DNA of 64,000 nt from Bryobacterales bacterium (GTDB lineage: Bacteria; Acidobacteriota; Terriglobia; Bryobacterales; UBA6623): contig OZ242276.1 of assembly GCA_965207255.1 (NCBI GenBank), positions 1,017,692-1,081,691 on the forward strand, in the 5' to 3' direction. The notes beneath the pieces were generated by a model, which saw nothing but the letters and a program-made list of their open reading frames with translations, was not told the DNA's origin and made no database searches. Position 1 is the stretch's first letter; each line of letters opens with the position of its first letter. The position numbers were made by a program, and so were the translations under genes. Below, in pieces: positions 11,345 to 20,670 of the stretch.

Positions 11345-12106
11345 CGCAATCGTGTAGCGCGCGGTAGGGACACGCCCAAGGCATACCCCACCGCGGTCCC
11401 GCTCTCCGGTGGCAGCGGTCTTGGTTTCGCTGGGGACGCCAATTCTCTTGTTTAAGTATATGTTTTTCAGTAGGTTAGGGGAATAGAATAGCGATCTACC
11501 CCTCATGGCACCCCACAATGAGGCGTGGTTGCCACCCCCTGCCAAGAGTGCAGTGCACGCATGTTTCGGGGAGAATACCGCTCCGCAACATCGCCGTTCC
11601 ACGCGCGAAGCACCAACCGGATCACCTCTCAGTGTCCTAACTCCCTTTCGCGCGGTGTGTCCGCGGCAGGGACCTATCACCGCAGCGAGGCTGCCGACAG
11701 GACCCGCGCCTTCCGCGCGAGGCTGCGCCGACGCCACGGCGACACGCATGCCTGACACCAACCACCCCATCTCGCATGGCCAGTCTGACTGATTCGATGC
11801 GACTCCGCTCATTGCATCGCCGATGCGAGTGAATGCGGGCCTGCGGGACTGGACCCAATTGCGCGCTATAGTCTAAACGCCGAAGGAATTGTGCTTCTCA
11901 GGTTGCCAAGCGGTCACCGCACATCACAGGAATTGTGCGACAACGCTCGCCGTCGTTCACGTTTCGGATTCCTCACAGATACCAGATCCCGCACCTGACA
12001 ATGTGCGAGCAGGCGCAACCAGCAGGATGGATTCTAGGCGGCGTCGAGACTGCCTCCTTGGCTGGCCAGAGGGGAGCGTCTTGCCGAAGAGCAGACAGAG
12101 CGCTAC

Positions 12107-12748
12107 ATGCCAGCACCCGCTGAACCCAAGATCTTCCACATCATTCACGTGGACCGACTTCGCTCCGTCATCAAGCCTAATGGGCTACTGAGCGATGCAC
12201 GGATTGCTCACCGGAAACCAGCCGGAACCACGATTGGCATGCAAGACATCAAGAGGCGGCGCCTGACGGAGCGGCGTCTCAACAGTCATCCAGACTTGTT
12301 TGTCGGGGAGTGCGTCCCGTTCTACTTCTGCCCGCGCTCTGTCATGCTTTATGTGATCAGTTGCGCAAACCATCCGCAGCTGTCCTATCTTGGCGGTCAA
12401 GAGCCAATCGTCCATTTGGAAGCCGATTTGCGGGCAACCGTTTCGTGGGCAGACAGAAAGGGCCTTCGCAGGGCGTTCACCCGATCAAACGCCGGCGTCA
12501 AGTACTGCGAGGACCGGTCTGACCTAGGGCAATTGGATGTGATCGACTGGGACGCCGTAAAGGCCAGGGACTGGCAGGCCTGCAAGGAAGGCAAGCAGGC
12601 GCAGTTTCTGCTCGAGCGGCGATTCCCGTGGAAGCTCGTTTCGCGCATTGGCGTTTATTCCCGGGCGATGTATTGTCAGACTGAGCAAGCCCTCCGCAAA
12701 GCGGCACACAACCCATCCGTTGAAATCCGCCGAGAGTGGTATTACTGA
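12107..12748 (+). CDS. darT: DarT-like ssDNA ADP-ribosyltransferase toxin (DUF4433)
   Basis: 'IFHIIHVDRL', 'VPFYFCPRS' and 'KQAQFLLERRFPW..V..IGV' align to the three DUF4433/DarT motif blocks. A macrodomain gene follows directly. Confidence 0.8.
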   Translation: MPAPAEPKIFHIIHVDRLRSVIKPNGLLSDARIAHRKPAGTTIGMQDIKRRRLTERRLNSHPDLFVGECVPFYFCPRSVMLYVISCANHPQLSYLGGQEPIVHLEADLRATVSWADRKGLRRAFTRSNAGVKYCEDRSDLGQLDVIDWDAVKARDWQACKEGKQAQFLLERRFPWKLVSRIGVYSRAMYCQTEQALRKAAHNPSVEIRREWYY

Positions 12749-12772
12749 GATGGGTCGTACCGAAAAGCAACC

Positions 12773-13828
12773 GTGATCACTTACAAGACCGGCGACATCC
12801 TGACCGAATCGACGGAAGCCCTAGTCAACACCGTCAACTGTGTCGGCGTCATGGGGCGTGGGATCGCGCTTCAATTCAAACGCGCATTTCTCGATAACTT
12901 CAAGGCCTATGCTGCCCTTTGCGAGCGGAATCAGGTTCGACCCGGACAGGTGTACGTCTTCGAAACAGGCACGGTCGTGCCGCCGCGCTACATCGTCAAC
13001 TTTCCGACCAAGCGACACTGGCGCGGCAAGAGCCGAATCGAGGATATCGAGGCCGGATTGGAATCACTGGTGCAGGAAATCCGATCGCGCAGGATCCGTT
13101 CGATTGCCATTCCTCCGCTCGGAAGCGGGTTGGGGGGGCTGCCTTGGCACGACGTACGTGCGCGCATGGTAGCGGTTCTGGGTGCCCTCGAGGAAGTCGA
13201 GATTGTCATTTATGAGCCGGGAGGCGGACCGGCGGACGTTCGTCCAGACAGGTCACGCGATGTCCCGACTATGACACCCGGCAGGGCGGCGCTGGTGGAG
13301 CTGCTTGACCGATACCTGCTCGGTTTGCTGGATCCGTTCGTCACGCTGCTGGAAGCACACAAGCTCATGTACTTCATGCAAGCCGCAGGGGAGCCACTGA
13401 AGCTGAGGTTCACGAAGGGTCCCTACGGACCATACGCCGAAAACCTGCGGCATGTACTGCACGCTATCGAAGGGCATTTCGTATTCGGCTACGCCGATGG
13501 TGGCGACGCTCCGAGCCGGCAGCTGCGACTGGTGCCGGGGGCCTTGGAGGACGCGCGCATGTTCCTCGCCGACAAGGCCGACACGCAGAGACGGTTCGAA
13601 TCTGTGTCCGACTTGGTTGACGGATTTGAGTCGCCGTTCGGCCTAGAGCTACTGTCCACAGTCCACTGGACCGCCGAGCACGACGCGGAGTCTCATAATC
13701 CGCACGAGATCATTAAGAACACCTACAGTTGGAGCGAGAGAAAGAAGCAGTTCTCGCCATACCAAATCGAGCTTGCGCTCCGCGTTCTGACCGCCAAGAG
13801 CTGGCTCAGTTCGGCCAGCCATGCCTAA
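12773..13828 (+). CDS. darG: DarG-like macrodomain antitoxin
   Basis: N-terminal macrodomain ('ALVNTVNCVGVMGRGIALQFK', 'PPLGSGLGGL') plus a ~190 aa C-terminal domain. GTG start 24 nt after the darT stop. Confidence 0.8.
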   Translation: MITYKTGDILTESTEALVNTVNCVGVMGRGIALQFKRAFLDNFKAYAALCERNQVRPGQVYVFETGTVVPPRYIVNFPTKRHWRGKSRIEDIEAGLESLVQEIRSRRIRSIAIPPLGSGLGGLPWHDVRARMVAVLGALEEVEIVIYEPGGGPADVRPDRSRDVPTMTPGRAALVELLDRYLLGLLDPFVTLLEAHKLMYFMQAAGEPLKLRFTKGPYGPYAENLRHVLHAIEGHFVFGYADGGDAPSRQLRLVPGALEDARMFLADKADTQRRFESVSDLVDGFESPFGLELLSTVHWTAEHDAESHNPHEIIKNTYSWSERKKQFSPYQIELALRVLTAKSWLSSASHA

Positions 13829-14030
13829 CAGGAAACCCTGAGGGGTTCGCGCTTGAGGCCCAGACCACTAAAGAACCGCTAGCGAACACCATCCTCGTCA
13901 TTGCTGCTGCTGAATCAGCGGCAGCGAGGAGAGAGCCCGTGCTCAACGAACGAAAAGCCTCGCACCACCCTCACCGCCACAATTCTCTTGGCCGGGTGGC
14001 CACGGGCAGTTACCCACCCGTGGCTCCCAC

Positions 14031-14064
14031 AGATCCGGACTTGCCCGATTCGGGCATCCGGCTC
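14031..14064 (-). ncRNA. Group II intron domain V
   Basis: The minus strand reads 'GAGCCGGAUGCCCGAAUCGGGCAAGUCCGGAUCU'. This matches the 34-nt DV consensus shape (GAGCCGUAU...GAAA...ACGUACGGUUC) with a bulged stem. Confidence 0.7.
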
Positions 14065-14070
14065 CTCGGG

Positions 14071-14406
14071 CTATGGATTCGCTGCAGGTCCGTAAATGCT
14101 ATGGACGACACGTGGCGGGGGAAGGCGGTAGTGCGTTGTCAGACGGTCGAAGTGAGCCCAGTTCAGCCGCGTGTGCCACGAGCGGCGATTCAGCCACTTG
14201 CGCCATGCGCGGCGGACTTCGTAGTGAAATCGTCCCAAGGCACGTGCGTTGCCGGTATTGCCGTAGCAGGCATAATGGCCTTGCAGCTTGGGGCTCAAGG
14301 CCGCCTGCTGCTCCGCCAGTGACCAGTGTCGGTGCGCTCGGCACCACTGGCCGACGGCTCGCACGGCTCGGGTGAACCGGTTCCGTTCTGTCTTGCGTTG
14401 CACCAC
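14071..14406 (-). pseudogene. Group II intron reverse transcriptase/maturase, C-terminal fragment only
   Basis: 'VVQRKTERNRF....V..WCRAHRHWSL......L..KLQGHYACYG.TGN.RAL..F...V.R.W.KWLNRRS' is the maturase (X) tail. An in-frame stop lies just upstream and no RT palm/finger domains are present. Confidence 0.75.
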
Positions 14407-14560
14407 CCAGCGCCTCTTGCGGGCTCAGCCGCTACCCGCGTCGAGCCGATGCCCCCACTCAGGTAGCACCGTACCGCCTGAGTCACGCTTGTGCGATCCC
14501 GGCGCAAGCACATCGGGTCCCTCCAGCCCGGTCTCGGCTAGGCCGGATCACGCGCATGCC

Positions 14561-15724
14561 TCATGGCAGCGAGCGTCCCGGAACGACCTCGCGGAGCAGT
14601 TCTTCCGCAGGCAGGCACAAAGTCCCATCGATCTCCAACCGCTCATCCCCACCGTACGCTAGACGCGTTCGGGCCTGCGGGTAATCTTCGCGGAAGCGCT
14701 TCAGGTGACTGAGATCCCCCTGCCGCACCTGCCGCGAGTGCTTGACCTCTAGCGCCCAAAATTCGTCCTTGCCGTAGACCACGAAATCAACCTCGCTTCC
14801 GGCACGAGTCCTCCAGTAGTAGAGACTGGCGGACGATCCCGAATAGCTCAGCCAAGCCCTCAGATGTTGCGCGACCAACCCTTCGAGCGCCCCTCCGCGG
14901 ATCTCTTCGGGTTGGTCCAGCGGGCCGGCGGGCCGTAGCGATCGGAACACGCCAGCGTCGGCAAAGTAGAACTTGGGATGGGCAGCCGTATGCCGTTTCG
15001 CTCGCTTCGTGAAGACAGGTACGCGGAACGCTAGCAGCAAGTCTTCTACGATTTCCACGAATCCCTCGACTGTCTTGCGGCTGACGGCACATTCCCTAGC
15101 AACTTCGCTCACGTTGAGGACCGCCCCATGCGCAAAGCTGATCGCTTCGAGAAAGCGATGGAACGCACCGGTGTTGCGGATTAGGCCCTCCGCCTGCACC
15201 TCTTGCTGCACGTACAATCCGACGTACGAATTCAGTGTGTCCGCAGGGTCTCGTGCGTCCCAGACAATGGGCAGCAACCCCACTTCGATTGCCGCATCCA
15301 AACTGAATCTCGACCCGAGTTCCGCTGCCATGAATGGATGCATGATGCGCAGCGTCGCACGACCCGCTAGCAAATCGACGCCTGCTCGCTTGAGCTTTCT
15401 GGAACTGGAGCCGGTGAGCACGAAGCGCGGGCAATGGGGACGCTCAATCAATTGGTGCACGACGGTCAGTAGTTCCGGTACCCGCTGCACTTCGTCAATC
15501 ACAACGTCGTTCGTTCCAGGGTTCGCCGCGACCAGTTCGCGTAGGCGCTCAGGACGGGCCGCATAGATCCGCTGCTGTGCGGGCGACAGAAAGTCGACCC
15601 AGAGCGCACTCGGAAGTGCGTTCAGCAACCAGGTGCTCTTCCCCGTTCCCCGCAGTCCGAACAGGAAGGAGTGCCCAACGGGAGGGCGAAAAAATTTCCT
15701 TTCAATCGCCATAATGCGACTCAT
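14561..15724 (-). CDS. AAA+ ATPase with C-terminal DUF4143 domain
   Basis: Walker A 'GLRGTGKST', Walker B 'VVIDEVQ', and a DUF4143-like tail ('YYWRT..G.EVDFVV'). Confidence 0.75.
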   Translation of the reverse strand: MSRIMAIERKFFRPPVGHSFLFGLRGTGKSTWLLNALPSALWVDFLSPAQQRIYAARPERLRELVAANPGTNDVVIDEVQRVPELLTVVHQLIERPHCPRFVLTGSSSRKLKRAGVDLLAGRATLRIMHPFMAAELGSRFSLDAAIEVGLLPIVWDARDPADTLNSYVGLYVQQEVQAEGLIRNTGAFHRFLEAISFAHGAVLNVSEVARECAVSRKTVEGFVEIVEDLLLAFRVPVFTKRAKRHTAAHPKFYFADAGVFRSLRPAGPLDQPEEIRGGALEGLVAQHLRAWLSYSGSSASLYYWRTRAGSEVDFVVYGKDEFWALEVKHSRQVRQGDLSHLKRFREDYPQARTRLAYGGDERLEIDGTLCLPAEELLREVVPGRSLP

Positions 15725-15929
15725 TATGGCAAATTATGGTGCATTTTGCAGGCAAGTTCACCCGTGGGACGATCGAACCCCATACAAGTCCCAGCTTGGA
15801 TGCACCGACTCAACATTTGCCCGACGAGTGCCGTTCGCCCTAGCCGGGATGGCCCTGTCCGACCAGCCAGCCACGCGGGGACCACCCCGGAACTGTCCTA
15901 GCCGACGTGTTGCGGGGCGAACCATTCTG

Positions 15930-16112
15930 CACCTGACCGGAATCTGTGTTCCTCGCATGTCCGTCGAACATGATCGGCTCAGAGCTTGCGGCTTGGCAGC
16001 AGACCGTGACGTGGATCCTGCCCTCAACATTCTCACGGCTGGGATGCTTGCCCCGGTAGGTCAACGTGGCGCACTAGGTCGTGCGTTAAGCCAGAAACGA
16101 ATTCGAATGTAG
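15930..16112 (+). pseudogene. TnpB (IS200/IS605 OrfB) C-terminal fragment
   Basis: 'ACGLAADRDVDPALNIL' resembles the TnpB C-terminal 'CG...DRD.NAA.NIL' RuvC-III/zinc-finger region. Nothing upstream is recognisable. Confidence 0.5.
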
Positions 16113-16167
16113 CGTGATGCTACTTTCGTATATGATTCCCTAAGATTGGGCTCAGGGACGACGTTCA

Positions 16168-16530
16168 GTGGGACTGCAGCCAGTTACGGATGCCATTGTT
16201 GATCGGATGGTTCGGGCTATCGTCGACGCGATTGACCCTGAGCAGGTCATCCTCTTCGGCTCTCGTGCGCGCGGAACCGACAAGGCGGATTCAGACGTAG
16301 ATTTGCTCATCGTGCACTCAGAGCCGTTCGGTGCGGGCAGGAGCCGGCACCGAGAAACCGTGCGCGCGTACGAGGCACTGTCGGGCTTGCGAGTCGCAAA
16401 GGACATCTTGGTATACAGTCGCCCCGAGGTCGAGTACTGGCGTGATTCGCTCAACCACGTTGTTGCCCGGGCCCTGCGGGAGGGGAGGGTCCTATATGAG
16501 CGACCGGAAATACGCACGGGCGCTCGTTAA
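16168..16530 (+). CDS. MNT-type nucleotidyltransferase (putative antitoxin of an MNT/HEPN pair)
   Basis: 'LFGSRARGT...SDVDLLIV' minimal nucleotidyltransferase motif. Confidence 0.75.
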   Translation: MGLQPVTDAIVDRMVRAIVDAIDPEQVILFGSRARGTDKADSDVDLLIVHSEPFGAGRSRHRETVRAYEALSGLRVAKDILVYSRPEVEYWRDSLNHVVARALREGRVLYERPEIRTGAR

Positions 16531-16897
16531 GGCCGCCGAATCCGACATGCGGGCACTCCAAGGGATGTCCGACCCGGAGTTCTTCTCGGACGAAATCGCA
16601 GGCTTCCACGCTCAGCAGGCTGCCGAGAAGCTTCTCAAGGCATGGCTCGCCGTGCTCGGCGTGAGCTTTCCTATGACGCACGACCTAGGAGCGTTGCTCG
16701 ACGTACTCGCCGAACGTGAGCCGGATGCCGAGGAATTTCGAGGGCTGATCGCCCTGAATCCTTTCGCGGTTCAGTTCCGCTACGAGGCGATCGGCGAGGA
16801 GATGGATCCCCTTGACCGGCACAGATTGGTCGACGATCTCCGAATACTGGGCGAACGTGTGCAAGCAGGGCTGCAAGACCGGGAGGGCTCGAGGTGA
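16496..16897 (+). CDS. HEPN domain protein (partner of the MNT nucleotidyltransferase)
   Basis: 'A..D..AL........A.FHAQQAAEKLLKAWL' is a HEPN-domain pattern. The start at MSDRKY overlaps the MNT gene by 35 nt. Confidence 0.7.
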   Translation: MSDRKYARALVKAAESDMRALQGMSDPEFFSDEIAGFHAQQAAEKLLKAWLAVLGVSFPMTHDLGALLDVLAEREPDAEEFRGLIALNPFAVQFRYEAIGEEMDPLDRHRLVDDLRILGERVQAGLQDREGSR

Positions 16898-17081
16898 TGG
16901 GCTGCGAAGGCTTCGGGCTCCGCACGCCGACGAGTTGACCTTTCCCGGCGCCGAGAGAGCTTGGCACGGGGATCTCTCGTCTCTCCTGATCGGATGGCTT
17001 GCAAGCAACAATGACGCCAACTAGGTGGGCGTCCGAAGCATTGCAGTTTCGGGCTGTGTCGAATGCTCTATGCTGTGTCCG

Positions 17082-18560
17082 ATGCGACTTGCTCTTGGTC
17101 TTGCTGTCTTGGTCAGCTGGGCGGCCCCAGCACTCTCGAATCCCAATGTCGTGGTGATACTCGCAGACGACCTCGGCTATGGCGATGTCGGAGCCTACAA
17201 CCCCGAGTCAAAGATACCTACTCCGCACCTTGACGGGCTTGCCACGGACGGCATGCGCTTCACGGACGCTCACGCCCCGGACGGTGTCTGCTCGCCGACA
17301 CGCTATGGCCTGCTGACCGGCCGGTACGCGTGGCGGACATGGCTGAAGCGGGGGGTGTTGACCGGATCGTCCCCGCCACTTCTCGAGTTGGAGCGATTGA
17401 CGCTGGCCGACATGCTCAGCCAACAGGGCTACCAGACTGGCATGGTGGGCAAGTGGCACCTTGGACGGCGGTGGCACCTGATCGACGAGTCGCGAGACCA
17501 GACCGTGCAAAACATCGACTGGTCAAAGCCTGTGAGCAATGGCCCCTCACATCACGGCTTCGCGTACTCATTCGGGCTTGCCAAGCCCGCTTGGACCTTC
17601 GTGGAGAACGGCAAGGTGTTGGCAAGACCGACACTGGCGTTTGACCTGAGCCACTTGCCTGCCTATCTGATGGGAGGCAACAACAACCGAGGAACGAAAG
17701 CACCCGGCTTTGAATTCGAGCGCATGTTGCCTCGGTTTACCGAGGAAGCGGTGGGATTCATTGCAAGGGCAGCATTGAGCGAAGAGCCTTGGTTCCTGTA
17801 TTTCGCGCCTCTGGCACCACACCGTCCCGTCGTGCCGAACAAGGATTTCCGCGAACAAAGCGCAGCCGGCCTTTACGGTGATTTCGTTGCAGAGGTGGAC
17901 TGGTCGGTCGGGGAGGTGCTGGCCGCAATCGAGAGAAGCGGACAGGCTGACAACACTCTGGTCGTCGTGACCAGCGACAACGGGCCGGAAGCTGACGCTT
18001 ACCGACGGATCTTGGAGTATCGCCATGCCAGCATGGCGACATTGCGGGGCCTGAAACGGGATCTGTGGGAGGGGGGCCATCGCGTACCGTTCCTAGCACG
18101 CTGGCCCGGCAAGATCCCGGCAGGCAGCGTACAGGACGAGGTGCTGTGCCTGACCGACCTCATGGCGACAGTGGCGGCGATCGTCGGCTTCCGGCTGCCG
18201 AGCGACGCCGCGGAGGACAGCTACGACATGAGCGCTGCGCTTTTCGGTTCCGAGCGGGACTCGCCCGTGCGCGAGGCAACGGTCCATCACGGCTCCAGAG
18301 GATGGTTCGGAATCCGGCAAGGTGACTGGGTGCTCATCGACCACCCGACCGGTGACAACAACGGCGGAGCGAACCGGGAGCCCGAGTGGTTCCGGCAACA
18401 GCGCCTTGCAAGGGAACACGACCAAGACGTCGAACTGTTCAATCTCCGCGATGATCCCGCGCAGACAACCAATCGCGCGGCGGACGCACCCAAACGGGTG
18501 AACAGCATGCGGCGATTGCTGGATCGCTACAAGCGGGACGGCCGCAGCGTCAGCCGGTGA
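17082..18560 (+). CDS. Arylsulfatase (formylglycine-dependent sulfatase family)
   Basis: Signal peptide, 'LADDLGYGDVG' and the 'CSPTRYGLLTGRY' C-x-P-x-R motif. Confidence 0.85.
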   Translation: MRLALGLAVLVSWAAPALSNPNVVVILADDLGYGDVGAYNPESKIPTPHLDGLATDGMRFTDAHAPDGVCSPTRYGLLTGRYAWRTWLKRGVLTGSSPPLLELERLTLADMLSQQGYQTGMVGKWHLGRRWHLIDESRDQTVQNIDWSKPVSNGPSHHGFAYSFGLAKPAWTFVENGKVLARPTLAFDLSHLPAYLMGGNNNRGTKAPGFEFERMLPRFTEEAVGFIARAALSEEPWFLYFAPLAPHRPVVPNKDFREQSAAGLYGDFVAEVDWSVGEVLAAIERSGQADNTLVVVTSDNGPEADAYRRILEYRHASMATLRGLKRDLWEGGHRVPFLARWPGKIPAGSVQDEVLCLTDLMATVAAIVGFRLPSDAAEDSYDMSAALFGSERDSPVREATVHHGSRGWFGIRQGDWVLIDHPTGDNNGGANREPEWFRQQRLAREHDQDVELFNLRDDPAQTTNRAADAPKRVNSMRRLLDRYKRDGRSVSR

Positions 18561-18590
18561 CCCGATGACAGGGCGGGTCTCGCCGGGCCC

Positions 18591-19838
18591 TCATATGAGT
18601 TCGCGCGCGCCGCCAATCACGGCTGCGATTTCGCGAATCCCGACGCCCGGGCCCGTTGGGACGCCGAGCTTGCCATCTCGGATCCAGAGTGGCGGATCGA
18701 ACCAGTCAGCGTACCTCTCGATGTTTCGCTTGTACTCTTGGTACCGTCCGATATCCTTCGTTCGGGACGCGAAGTGCAGCATGTAGACGAACCCGAAGCC
18801 TCCGGAGATATGAACGGTAGTCGGCATCTGGGCCAGTTCGGCCATGTTGGCGACCCGCGCCGAGCGAAGCATGCCTCCGTAGTAGTGCAGGTCGGGCTGG
18901 ACGATGTCGACGCCTCGATTGGCGATCATCCAGCGGAATCGACGCTCGCTGTACTCTTGCTCTCCTCCGGAAACCGGAAGGGCCAGCGAATCGGCTACCG
19001 CCTTGGTGTCCTCGAGATGGTCGAACGGGCAGGGCTCTTCGAAGTAGACTGCCCCGACCTCTTCCAAGAGGCGGCCGATCGGCAGCGCGTGCTCCGGGTC
19101 GTAGGAACTGTTCGCGTCGCCATGGAGGTCGATGGCGTCGCCCAGCGCCTTCCGGGCTAGCAGGATCAGGGATTCCGATCGCCCTGGGGAAGCATCGAGG
19201 TTGCGGCTCATGCGCCCCCCGAGCCGGAATTTCACCGCCTTCGCACCGGTTTCGTCGACCAACCCCTGCAGGTACTCGACTTCCTCCTCCGGCGTCGAAT
19301 CACGGCGGCCGCTGGCAACATAGAAGTCGATCTCGTCGCGAATAGTCCCGCCCAGCAGGTCACCGATCGACTTTCCGCACGCACGGCCCATCATGTCGAG
19401 CAGGGCGAATTCGACCCACGCCTGCACGGACCAGAGTGCGAGGCCTTGAAGCTTGTAGTTGCTGCGGTGCCTGTAGAGTTCGAAGAGCAGTTCCGACTCC
19501 AGCTTCCTAGCGTCCTTGCCAACAAAGAACGGGATGACCAAGTCTTGCAGGATCGGCCCGAGATAGCGGCGGCCGTTTGTCAGCGACACCCCTTCGGCCC
19601 CGTCCTTAGAACGCACATGAACGAACTGGTCGCCATCCTTTTCCAGAAGGCGGATCGAGTCGATGATCAAAGGGGCGTCCAGCGCCGACACGTCGAGCAC
19701 GGGTAGCGCGGCGGCGGCATCCAAGGCTCCGGTGTCGGGTCCGGACCCTGCCTGCTGTGGCGTGCCGCCGCACCCCGCCAAGGGCACAGTAGCCACTGAT
19801 GCCGTGAGCAATTCCCGCCGTGTTGGCTGCCTTCGCAT
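18591..19838 (-). CDS. Enolase-superfamily (mandelate racemase/muconate lactonizing enzyme-like) protein with Tat/lipobox leader
   Basis: MR/MLE-like body. The N-terminus 'MRRQPTRRELL....VPLAGCGG' looks like a twin-arginine signal with a lipobox. Confidence 0.7.
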   Translation of the reverse strand: MRRQPTRRELLTASVATVPLAGCGGTPQQAGSGPDTGALDAAAALPVLDVSALDAPLIIDSIRLLEKDGDQFVHVRSKDGAEGVSLTNGRRYLGPILQDLVIPFFVGKDARKLESELLFELYRHRSNYKLQGLALWSVQAWVEFALLDMMGRACGKSIGDLLGGTIRDEIDFYVASGRRDSTPEEEVEYLQGLVDETGAKAVKFRLGGRMSRNLDASPGRSESLILLARKALGDAIDLHGDANSSYDPEHALPIGRLLEEVGAVYFEEPCPFDHLEDTKAVADSLALPVSGGEQEYSERRFRWMIANRGVDIVQPDLHYYGGMLRSARVANMAELAQMPTTVHISGGFGFVYMLHFASRTKDIGRYQEYKRNIERYADWFDPPLWIRDGKLGVPTGPGVGIREIAAVIGGARELI

Positions 19839-19954
19839 GTTGTCCCGAACTGATTTGGTGCCGTAGAGCGACAGCCTTGGTGAGGCCAAGCCGCCCGCGT
19901 GTGATGGGCAACTAGACCGTAGCACGCCCCGTGGTTACCAGCATCGCAGCGAGC

Positions 19955-20515
19955 CTACCCGGTTGCCATTTTCAATAGGTTGAGAACGGTTTTCCAGTTT
20001 CGGAATGTCACTCGCGTCCCAAGCATCCGCTCCACGTAGCCCGCTGTGAGCCGAGTCCGTGCCATCCCATTTGGCAGGCGCATGTAGATCTCCCGCCCAC
20101 GGACGACAAACTCATCGGGCGGAGACCGGTCCGTGTCGAGGCTGGAGACTGCATCAGATGATGGCCGGTCGGCGAGGAAACCCACGTGCAGGATGCGGGT
20201 TCCCTGCGATTCGCCCGGAAACGGATTCGCCTCGACCGCTTGAGCCAACTCGTCGACAGACCGCAGAACGATTGGGATGTCGGTCCCAATCCGGGCAGAG
20301 ACCGCCGCCGCGACGGTTTCACGGGCTGCTAGCGAGACAGTGGGGCTCGCGTCAAAGACGACGTTCCCGCTTTGGATGTAGGTTCGCACGCAAGCGCAGC
20401 CTGCGCCTTCGAACAGCCGCGCGAGCTCATCCATCGGCAGGCGGTTCCTGCCGCCGACGTTGATCCCTCGTACCAGAGCGACATAGGTGCTGCGGCTGGT
20501 TGCGGAATTGAGCAT
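19955..20515 (-). CDS. DUF1697 family protein (paralogue A)
   Basis: 'ALVRGINVGG.N.L.M..L' N-terminus is typical of DUF1697. The ORF is intact. Confidence 0.75.
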   Translation of the reverse strand: MLNSATSRSTYVALVRGINVGGRNRLPMDELARLFEGAGCACVRTYIQSGNVVFDASPTVSLAARETVAAAVSARIGTDIPIVLRSVDELAQAVEANPFPGESQGTRILHVGFLADRPSSDAVSSLDTDRSPPDEFVVRGREIYMRLPNGMARTRLTAGYVERMLGTRVTFRNWKTVLNLLKMATG

Positions 20516-20670
20516 CGGCGTAATCTACTTCGCTCGCGGCGAGAGTGTCAGCCCAGCGCTCTGGCACCACCGCCGGGCCACAAGATTCAGCAATGCCCGC
20601 CCAGCTGCCGCAATGTTCCCCAACTGATGACCGCACAAGGTCCGAATGTGCCAGGCCTCTCGCCAAGAGG

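Larger units (their letters stand above)
13960..14560 (-). mobile_element. 5'-truncated group II intron remnant (maturase tail plus domains V and VI)
   Basis: A maturase C-terminal ORF fragment is followed on the minus strand by a domain-V-like hairpin and a DVI-like hairpin. The boundaries are approximate. Confidence 0.7.
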
